From NCBI GenBank assembly GCA_963753345.1, contig CAVWBU010000021.1:64001-128000 (forward strand): 64,000 nucleotides of DNA. Direction: 5' to 3'. The notes beneath the pieces were generated by a model that was not told the origin of the DNA, made no database searches, and saw nothing but the letters and a program-made list of their open reading frames with translations. This document shows, piece after piece, positions 56,950-64,000 of the stretch. The stretch is from an uncultured Fibrobacterota bacterium. Its GTDB lineage: Bacteria; Fibrobacterota; Chitinivibrionia; Chitinivibrionales; FEN-1185. The position numbers and the translations under genes are program-made. Position 1 is the stretch's first letter. Each line of letters begins with the position of its first letter.

Positions 56950-57705
56950 TCACAGCCGGCTTGGGAACCGTACTGGTCCAGTAGACAGGAGGAGCTCCTT
57001 GTGCCCGGCAAAAAGCCGCATTCTTCCGTCTTCGAGCACGCCGGTGAAAATTCCTTTTGTGCCGTGCACTTCGCAGAAGGACCCCTGTCCGTAAAGACGG
57101 TTCGCATACAGCAGGTGCGCGGCGCCCGCGTCAAGCGGCAGATATTTCCAGAACCGCTTGAGAATGGCGCAGAGCAGGCCGCCGATTGCGTGCCGTTTCT
57201 TCGTCTCCATGAGAAGCGACGTCGCGACGCGGCTTACATCGGGCGGAAAGGTACTGGCCGCAATGTTGACGTTGATGCCGAACCCAATCACGATGAAGCC
57301 CGGGCGGGAAGGCACGGTTTCCAGAAGGATGCCGCAGATTTTCCTGTCGCCCCAGTAGATGTCGTTGGGCCACTTGACGCTAAGCGCAGCCTTGGGCGCG
57401 AGGGCCTTTATCCCGTCGAAAATCGCAAGGCTCATCGAACGGTTCAAGGAGAAATGCGATGAAAGGTCCTTGAGGGGACACACCACGCTCGCGTACAGCC
57501 CGCCATTTACTTCAGAGAAAAACGTGTTCTGGCGCTGTCCCCGGCCCGCGGTCTGCCTGGTTGCCCAGACGACGACGATGCCCTTTTCCGGATAGGCCGG
57601 CAGGTTCTTGGCAAACGCATTGGTGGAATCGAGGACGTCAAAGTGGTGAAGATGCTCGACAAAGGGGAGGGAGCGAATGGTAGATAAATGGTCGGATGTG
57701 CTCAT
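56950..57705 (-). CDS. birA: Biotin--[acetyl-CoA carboxylase] ligase
   Basis: DSTN, QTAGRGQR, KWPNDI, KICGILLE, IGFGINV; likely start MSTSD at 57705. Confidence 0.92.
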   Translation of the reverse strand: MSTSDHLSTIRSLPFVEHLHHFDVLDSTNAFAKNLPAYPEKGIVVVWATRQTAGRGQRQNTFFSEVNGGLYASVVCPLKDLSSHFSLNRSMSLAIFDGIKALAPKAALSVKWPNDIYWGDRKICGILLETVPSRPGFIVIGFGINVNIAASTFPPDVSRVATSLLMETKKRHAIGGLLCAILKRFWKYLPLDAGAAHLLYANRLYGQGSFCEVHGTKGIFTGVLEDGRMRLFAGHKELLLSTGPVRFPSRL

Positions 57706-57783
57706 GGGTGATGCAATTCCTCCGGCATCAGGGTCGGCGCTGATTCCAACAGTTGAGGAAACTTTTTGTACGATTCGTTCTAA

Positions 57784-57817
57784 CCTCACCCCCGTCCCCT
57801 CTCCGATCGGAGAGGGG
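57784..57817. repeat. REP-like palindrome (CCTCACCCC...CCCTCTCC-GGAGAGGG type)
   Basis: CCTCACCCCCGTCCCCTCTCCGATCGGAGAGGGG, adjacent to copy e. Confidence 0.55.
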
Positions 57818-57841
57818 TGGCAGGATTGGCCAGCACTCCTC

Positions 57842-58011
57842 TGCGCCGCGTTAGGCCGGAACGGAGGCCGCGCTGGAGCGTGGTGCTGCCTGACCACGGC
57901 CCGGAGGGCCATCGTGGCAGGCAGCCCGAGGCCGAAGGCCGAGACCGGAGCGAGGGCCGACCCTTTGGTAGAAGCGAAATATATTTCGCCTCTACCAAAG
58001 GGTAACGCCCA
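57842..58011 (-). repeat. Structured intergenic repeat, module A only (copy e)
   Basis: TGGGCGTT-hairpin-TCGGCCCTCGCTCCGGTCTCGGC...CCTAACGC. Confidence 0.85.
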
Positions 58012-58027
58012 AGTCATTCTTATCTCT

Positions 58028-58888
58028 TCATTCAATTACCAGATGCATGTCAACGATCGCCGCGCTGTGGGTTATCGCGCCGACCGAAATGAAATCCACG
58101 CCTGTTTCGGCGATGGCGACAATGGTGTCTACAGTCACATTGCCACTTGCCTCAAGCTCAATCCCCGGCGCCGAAGCCCGCGCGCGTTTTACGCACGCAG
58201 CCGTGTCGGCGATGTTCATGTTGTCAAGCATTATCCTGTCGGGCGCGCAGGCGAGCGCCTCCTCGAATTCGTGCAGCGTCTGCGTTTCGGCCTCGATCTT
58301 CACGGCAAGGCCGGACTCCTTGACAAATGCCTGCGCCTTGCGCACGGCGGCCGCCACGCCGGCCGCGGCCTTCACGTGCGTGTGCTTTACAAGGATCATG
58401 TCGAACAGGCCGAAACGGTGGTTGAGGCCGCCGCCGTGGACCACAGCCTCCTTCTCGAGCGCCCGGAGAAGGGGAGTGGTCTTGCGTGTGTCAAGCAGCT
58501 TCGCCCGCGTGTGGGCGATTTCGGCTGCGAGGAGCCGCGTGGCGGTCGCCACGCCGCTCAGGTGCTGGAGAAAGTTGAGCGCAACGCGCTCGCCCGCAAG
58601 GATGGGGTGCACGGGCCCGCTCAGCGCGCAGATGCGCGAATCGGGCTCGAGCGAGGCCCCGCTTTCACACAGCATAGTGACCGATATTGATTTGTCAAGA
58701 GAATGAAAGAGTGGCTCAAGGAGCTTTATGCCCGAAAGAACGCCGCTCGCCTTGCTTTTTATCGCCGCGTTTGCGCGCGCTCCTTTGCCGAATATTGCCT
58801 GCGACGTTATGTCGCCGCGCTGCCCGAGGTCTTCGGCCAGTGCCTGGCGGATCAGGGAGTCAAGTGACGCGTCGCCTGCAAACGTCAT
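58028..58888 (-). CDS. nadC: Nicotinate-nucleotide diphosphorylase (quinolinate phosphoribosyltransferase)
   Basis: EDLGQRGDITS, ERVALNFLQHLSGVAT, DTRKTTP, NHRFGLFD, IMLDN, EASG, DFISVGAITHS. Confidence 0.95.
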   Translation of the reverse strand: MTFAGDASLDSLIRQALAEDLGQRGDITSQAIFGKGARANAAIKSKASGVLSGIKLLEPLFHSLDKSISVTMLCESGASLEPDSRICALSGPVHPILAGERVALNFLQHLSGVATATRLLAAEIAHTRAKLLDTRKTTPLLRALEKEAVVHGGGLNHRFGLFDMILVKHTHVKAAAGVAAAVRKAQAFVKESGLAVKIEAETQTLHEFEEALACAPDRIMLDNMNIADTAACVKRARASAPGIELEASGNVTVDTIVAIAETGVDFISVGAITHSAAIVDMHLVIE

Positions 58889-61017
58889 AGGAACCCGTAG
58901 CGCAGCCCGAGGTAGAATTCCACGACATTGTCGCCGGGATCGATCCTGTTGTTGGAGTTCATGTCGAGAAGATACCACGACATCCCGCCGCACAGGCCCA
59001 CACCGAAGATAATCGGGTTGGTCACGATGTCGAGGCCGGCGTGCAATCCCCACGAGGGAATCACCGCGCCGCGTGGATACAGGCCGCCGTGCGTCTCTTC
59101 CACGTACGCGGCGCCGTACCGTATGGGGCGCCACAAGCTGTCGTTTACGGAAACGGAAAGACCGAAGGACAGGTCCGGGTCGGCGTAGTTCGTGTCCAAA
59201 AGGAGCGCGCAGTTTTCGAAAATGTTCTGTTTATACATAAGGGAAAACGACAGGCCCCTCAGGGGATTCATCCCGTAGAACAGTTCGAGCTTCGTGCCGA
59301 GTCTTCTGGTGTTGAGAACCGAATTCTGGGTGACCAGCGTGTCCTGGGCGGCCGCGGTGTCGAAAAGCATTTCGCGGTTTGCCATGTACGAGGAATTGAA
59401 CTGGCCCTCAACGATCCTGCCCTGCTGTATGGTGAGGTTAAGTTTGAAGCACATGGAATTCATCCGCGCTTCCACTGTGGGGACCCGCAGGAGGAACCCG
59501 TCGGTGCGGTTGGGGACCAGTTTCTGGGCGAAGGCCATGCCGAACGCGAGTACCTGGTCGTAGGTGGATATGGCCGCGGCGTTGAAATCGACCTGATACA
59601 TGTAGGCCGCTGCGGAGGGGTCGAGCCTGACCGTGGCGGAGCCGGCGCGGGGAAGGTTAACAAAGCGGAAACCAGTCGAGTCGGCGGATTCCACATACTC
59701 CATGTTGCGGTCGAAGAAGAACCCTGCCCCGAGATGGAACATTTCCGGCTCGAACGACAGGTAGGCGCCGCCCGGCGAAGGCGCGGCGACGTCGCCGAGG
59801 AATGCCTTGAGGCCGAAGTCGCCGAGCTGGCCCTGGGCAATAAGCCCCAGCGGGTGGAATATCGAATACGGGTTGCAGTTGTTGTATCCGTCAACCAACA
59901 GGCCGTCGCCGAGCGTGTAGTTCCGCACCGGGCCGAATTTGACAAAATTGGAATCGGAAAAAGGGCCGATGGTGATGTGATCGACAAGGTCGAGGTATCC
60001 CGAAAGGGATTTTGTATCGTAGAAAAACGGCCGGCCGGTGTAGTTCGCCGCAATGGGGAGCCTGAGCCCTGCGCCGAACATGCCGCTCGAATACGAAGGA
60101 ATAAAGGAATACGATTGAAACAACCGGCCGCCGGCCATGGCAAGATCATTTGTTTCCTGCACGACAATCTTCCGTTCCGTCGAAACGTCCGGCGGCAGAA
60201 AGGGCGCGAAACTGAGTTCTTCTTTGTCGCGGTCGGTCATGATGGACGCCCAGAGCCTGTTCTCGCTGAATTCCCGTTTGTATCCCATGCCGCCGGCGCC
60301 GCCGTACTGCTGCGGAGCACCGGCCGTCGCAGGCCCGACGCCGGCTTCCTCCTCTGCAGGCCTCACGCCGGCGGCGCCGAGCTCGCGGTCTATGCGGTCG
60401 TCGCCGAAGATCTGCTTGAGTTCGACGATCTCCCGCACCGTGACGGCATAGGGGGCCAAGGGCTCCCTTCCGGGGAAAATCGAGGTGGTCTGTCCGGACG
60501 CAAGCGTGGTTTCCTCTTTCTGGGAAATGTTTCTGGTTTTCATCGATCCGGCCAGCGACTTGAACCCGGTTTCCCCGGTCTTTGGATCAACGACCGCGGA
60601 AAATGATCCGCCCTGCGTTTCCCCCACCGCGTCCGACGTGAACACGCTGACGCGGCAGTTGGAAACCGCTTTCACAAAACAGCCGCCGCCGAAAAGGGTA
60701 AGGTTCACTTCGGAGAGCACGGCGCCGTTGTCGGATTTCCGGTCGCGGACATTGAACAGCACCTTGGAATTTGGTCCGAGCACCACCGCGTTGCCCGAGC
60801 CGAACTGCACCACGAGCCTGGTCTGGAAATAGGTTTCAACCATGTCGTTGTCGCGCAGGCGGGAATCGACCGTCAGCTTTTCCCATTTCTTCTTCGAGAC
60901 ATGCTGGACTTTTGCGCTTCCGTCAAGCGAAACGACGTTGAACTCAGGCTGCGTAAACGCGGGGGCCGCGGCGCACAGGAGTGCAAGGATTGCGAGCGAT
61001 GCCGGGAGCGGTTTCAT
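58885..61017 (-). CDS. Exported FecR-domain protein with beta-barrel-like C-terminal region
   Basis: Signal peptide; FecR-like N-terminus (LDGSAKVQ...W...D.VET...LGPNSKV); C-terminal FYLGLRYGFL. Confidence 0.6.
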   Translation of the reverse strand: MKPLPASLAILALLCAAAPAFTQPEFNVVSLDGSAKVQHVSKKKWEKLTVDSRLRDNDMVETYFQTRLVVQFGSGNAVVLGPNSKVLFNVRDRKSDNGAVLSEVNLTLFGGGCFVKAVSNCRVSVFTSDAVGETQGGSFSAVVDPKTGETGFKSLAGSMKTRNISQKEETTLASGQTTSIFPGREPLAPYAVTVREIVELKQIFGDDRIDRELGAAGVRPAEEEAGVGPATAGAPQQYGGAGGMGYKREFSENRLWASIMTDRDKEELSFAPFLPPDVSTERKIVVQETNDLAMAGGRLFQSYSFIPSYSSGMFGAGLRLPIAANYTGRPFFYDTKSLSGYLDLVDHITIGPFSDSNFVKFGPVRNYTLGDGLLVDGYNNCNPYSIFHPLGLIAQGQLGDFGLKAFLGDVAAPSPGGAYLSFEPEMFHLGAGFFFDRNMEYVESADSTGFRFVNLPRAGSATVRLDPSAAAYMYQVDFNAAAISTYDQVLAFGMAFAQKLVPNRTDGFLLRVPTVEARMNSMCFKLNLTIQQGRIVEGQFNSSYMANREMLFDTAAAQDTLVTQNSVLNTRRLGTKLELFYGMNPLRGLSFSLMYKQNIFENCALLLDTNYADPDLSFGLSVSVNDSLWRPIRYGAAYVEETHGGLYPRGAVIPSWGLHAGLDIVTNPIIFGVGLCGGMSWYLLDMNSNNRIDPGDNVVEFYLGLRYGFL

Positions 61018-61107
61018 CTAAGGGTAAAATAATATCCACAAACGGGCAAGTGTCACCAATACGGCGGCGTGGCGGAATCGTTTGACCGGCAAGAATAGAA
61101 TAGGATT

Positions 61108-61560
61108 TGGGCGTTTCCCCGGCTATGTAGAGGCGTAGCGCGCTACTCCTCTACATAGCCGGGGTCGGTCTCCTTCCGGGCTCGGCTATCCGCCTCGTTG
61201 CCGGACCGCCCTATGCCTAGAGACGCAGCACCGCTGCGTCTCTACCGGCCGGGGTCGGCCGGCAATTCGCTCTGGCTCACCCTCCAGTCCACCTAACGCG
61301 CGGCAACCGTTATTATCATCAGTCAACTACTTATTCTTGCGCCAATCGGAATGCTCAAAATATCATGTAGTGTCTTTCCAGTCACTTCTCAACTTCTAAA
61401 CCTTTCAACTACTCTCCGTGGGTGCCGCCACAACAATGCATGGTCTTGCAACTACTTTGTCAAGGCGGTCACCCAGGAGGGGGTAGCGAAGGACCGGCGC
61501 GGAAAAAGATGAACTCTGAAAATATGAGTGCCGGGCCGGAGCGAGGGGGAAACTTCCCCC
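61108..61560 (+). repeat. Structured intergenic repeat, full length A+B (copy f)
   Basis: Same conserved blocks; two nested (G)TAG...CTAC hairpins. Confidence 0.9.
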
Positions 61561-61581
61561 GCAAAAAAGAATTTCTCTTCT

Positions 61582-62922
61582 CTATATTACTTCATCCCCT
61601 TTTTTTATCACCCATAATCCGCCCACCTTCTCATGGAACTTGTCAAGCGGCAGCTTGGTCTTGAGCACGCAGTTGAAGAAGTTGTACTTTGCAAGGTCGA
61701 AATCGATGATGTCCTTTTTGAGGTCGCTAAAGAGCTGCGTGCCAGGCATGGGCGTGAGGATGGTGTACCCCGCATAGGTGACCCGTTGCAAGGACGCGTA
61801 GTCGGCAAGCGCGTCGAAATCTTCGTCGGTGTAATCGGGTGGCACAACGTAGTTGCCCCGCACCGATATGCCGTTGTCGTGAAACACCGAAATCGCCTGT
61901 TTGATGAGCGTGGCGTCGAGCCGCTTGTTGTATAAAGCAAGCTCGCTCTGGCGGAACGATTCGAAGCCGCAGATCACCACCTTGAGCCCAGCCCTGGCCA
62001 TCTGTGCTATCAATTTCGGATTCTTTGCCGCCGTGTCCGCCCGAATGTCCATCACGAATTCCTTGTCGAGCCGTTCCTCTTCGATGCGCGAGAAGAGCCG
62101 CGCCGAATACTCCTCCTCGATCACCGAATTCGCGTCTGCAAAGCGCACGATGCCGTACTCGGAAAGCGTACGCAATTCGGCGACAACGCTTTCGATGTCG
62201 CGCAGGTAGTATTTGCCGTCCCACTGCGGCCATATTGAGCAGAACGAGCATTTGAACGGGCACCCGAGCGACGTGTTGACGTAGGTGATGTTCTTGTCGT
62301 TGTGCGGCAGGCGGTAGGCAGTGATCCACCTGCGGATAAAGGATCGGTCGGGCAAAATGTATCCGTCTTTGCCGTAATCCTTTGCAAGCGGCGCGGGCGC
62401 GGAGCACGTAAACCCGTCCGGTGAGTTTGTAAAAATTCCGGCCACGTTCCGGTAGTCGCCGCCCGCAGCCTTTGCGCTCACGATCTCGCGGAACGCGTGC
62501 GCGGCCTGGCCCACGGCAACGATGTCGGCCGCGGTCCCTTTAAAATCTTCGGGACACAGCGAGGCATGGAGGCCGCCCGCAACCGTAAGGACGCCAGCCT
62601 TCCATTGCTTTACCGACGCGAGTATCCGCGTACAGGCGGGGAATTCCGACGCGATGCAGGTGATGCCCACGATGTCGGGCCGCAGGTCTTCGCAGTACTT
62701 TCTGACAAGCTCCTCGGGCGACGGCGCCTGGGGGTTCAGGTCGTATTCGGCCTTCATGTCGAGCACGGTAACGTTATGGCCGCGCACCGCAGATGCCACG
62801 GTGAGCAGCCCCAGCGGCGGGCCCACGAGTTTCTTGTGAACGAACGGTTTCGCCGCTTCGGGCGCGTGCGCAAGGATCGCGTTTTCGGGGGAGCGGGGCG
62901 GATTGACAAGAAGGATGTTCAT
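61582..62922 (-). CDS. Cobalamin-binding radical SAM protein
   Basis: ILLVNPP, PPLGLL, VAGGLHAS, GCPFKCSFC, LTPMPGT. Confidence 0.92.
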   Translation of the reverse strand: MNILLVNPPRSPENAILAHAPEAAKPFVHKKLVGPPLGLLTVASAVRGHNVTVLDMKAEYDLNPQAPSPEELVRKYCEDLRPDIVGITCIASEFPACTRILASVKQWKAGVLTVAGGLHASLCPEDFKGTAADIVAVGQAAHAFREIVSAKAAGGDYRNVAGIFTNSPDGFTCSAPAPLAKDYGKDGYILPDRSFIRRWITAYRLPHNDKNITYVNTSLGCPFKCSFCSIWPQWDGKYYLRDIESVVAELRTLSEYGIVRFADANSVIEEEYSARLFSRIEEERLDKEFVMDIRADTAAKNPKLIAQMARAGLKVVICGFESFRQSELALYNKRLDATLIKQAISVFHDNGISVRGNYVVPPDYTDEDFDALADYASLQRVTYAGYTILTPMPGTQLFSDLKKDIIDFDLAKYNFFNCVLKTKLPLDKFHEKVGGLWVIKKGDEVI

Positions 62923-63326
62923 GCCGCGCCCAGGAGGTAGACCACGGCCGTGACATGGCCTTGCACGGGCCTCAGGATTTTTGCGACAGGCACGGCGCCC
63001 CGCAGGTCCAGGGCCAGGCGGCGCGAGACGGCAAGCGAGCCTGACGCCCGGCCGCGGCCGGGAAGGAATTCGCAGTCGGTGAAGTTATACGGCCGGCCAA
63101 TCGCCTTGTACAATGCTTCTTTGACGCAGAACGCGGCGCAGAGCCCTGCCGCCGGGTCGGAAAGCCGCCTGCAGCGGCTGCGTTCCTTTCTTGTAAACAC
63201 GAACGGCATAAAGGCCGAGCCGTCCCTGCTCCATCGCCGGAACCGGCCGACGCGCTCCGCATCGATGCCGCAGGAAACAAGGCGGCAGCAGGAGCTAAAC
63301 GTCCACGTTGACGATGTCGTCGCCAT
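62919..63326 (-). CDS. acpS: Holo-ACP synthase (AcpS-type phosphopantetheinyl transferase); start uncertain
   Basis: CGIDAERV, VFTRKE, FCVKEALYKAIG. Confidence 0.8.
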   Translation of the reverse strand: MATTSSTWTFSSCCRLVSCGIDAERVGRFRRWSRDGSAFMPFVFTRKERSRCRRLSDPAAGLCAAFCVKEALYKAIGRPYNFTDCEFLPGRGRASGSLAVSRRLALDLRGAVPVAKILRPVQGHVTAVVYLLGAA

Positions 63327-63603
63327 ATCGCACGATTTTGAGGGTGAGGTCCACCACCTGGCCGATGGTGCTCGCGGGCTTTTTCATGAGGTGTTTGCCG
63401 AGGGTCTTGAGCTCTATCTTGAGGCCGTACTTCTTGCGCACGATTTCCAGCAGGGATAAAAGCATGAGCGAATCGCCCTCCAGCTCCTCGATGATGTTGG
63501 TGGCGTCGGTGAGCTTCGACGAATCGATGTCGCATTCATCGGCGAAAAAGCCGTACACGAGCGTGCGGATGTCGGATTCCTGCTGTGCGGTCAGGTCGGG
63601 CAT
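63295..63603 (-). CDS. Acyl carrier protein
   Basis: ELEGDSLMLL phosphopantetheine attachment motif, acidic, 102 aa. Confidence 0.88.
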   Translation of the reverse strand: MPDLTAQQESDIRTLVYGFFADECDIDSSKLTDATNIIEELEGDSLMLLSLLEIVRKKYGLKIELKTLGKHLMKKPASTIGQVVDLTLKIVRYGDDIVNVDV

Positions 63604-63707
63604 GTATAAAGGGCTCCTGGTCTTGATGGGTTAGGTAAAATACTATGTAGTAATATGAGATAAGTCGTGATTATTGGTGGGGGAGGTGGAGCCAATAAAA
63701 AAAGAGA

Positions 63708-64000
63708 TGGGCGTTCCCCTCCCCCTCGACAAGCTCGGGGTCGGGTCGGCCCTCCCTCCGGTCTCGGCCTTCGGCCTCGGGCCGCCTCGGCCCTATGGCC
63801 CACAGGGCCGGGTCCGGGCGGCACCGCGCTCCAGCGCGGCCTCCAGTCCTGCCTAACGCGCGGCAACGATGTTCTTATCAGTCAATTACCTATTCTCGCG
63901 CCAATCGGCATCTGCAACAAATTAGTAAGGGCTTCATCTTTGCATTTTCTACTCTTCAACGTTTCAACTATTCAACTTTTCAACGCTCTTTCTTCTCAAC
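63708..64000 (+). repeat. Structured intergenic repeat (copy g), cut by window end
   Basis: Module A, linker TTCTCGCGCCAATCGGCAT and TCAAC repeats present; module B would lie beyond 64000. Confidence 0.88.

Noticed and set aside
46612-60606. Long antisense ORFs (46612-47637, 47876-49555, 59041-60606 and similar)
   Set aside because: Shadow frames of GC-rich genes with clear motifs on the opposite strand

Overview
A 64 kb bacterial chromosomal window, probably from an anaerobic Fibrobacterota (Chitinivibrionia-like) organism. This is inferred from a FISUMP-domain lipoprotein and several secreted proteins with Por/T9SS-type C-terminal domains. 1-8 kb: molybdenum/tungsten homeostasis (modE, modD, fmdE-like, FecCD permease, TauE, a decayed oxyanion ABC ATPase, DUF134-NifX), with a ModE box at 1294 and a second, perfect one at 19498. 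9-14 kb: a sigma54-driven thiol-redox operon that contains a small candidate FmdB-type selenoprotein missing from the ORF track. 14-21 kb: secreted proteins. 21.8-35.4 kb: an 11-gene operon (one gene frameshift-split) built around a double-cubane-cluster (DCCP-like) protein, with a fused tandem ATP-dependent activase, bzd-type accessory Fe-S proteins, a variant TupA-like binding protein, two AlkP-superfamily proteins, an Asp-box propeller and an outer-membrane barrel. 35-64 kb: mostly housekeeping genes (msrAB, mntH, nnr, coaX, birA, nadC, ACP/AcpS/B12-radical SAM). Two dispersed non-coding repeat families stand out. One is a structured, apparently covarying 150-475 nt element (7 copies, candidate ncRNA or mobile RNA-like element) that hosts nested GTAG REP hairpins. 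The other is a ~120 bp MITE (5 copies) that sits in-frame in the N-termini of two genes and brackets the DCCP operon. No tRNA, rRNA, CRISPR array or transposase was recognised. All family assignments come from motif recognition by eye; no database search was run.
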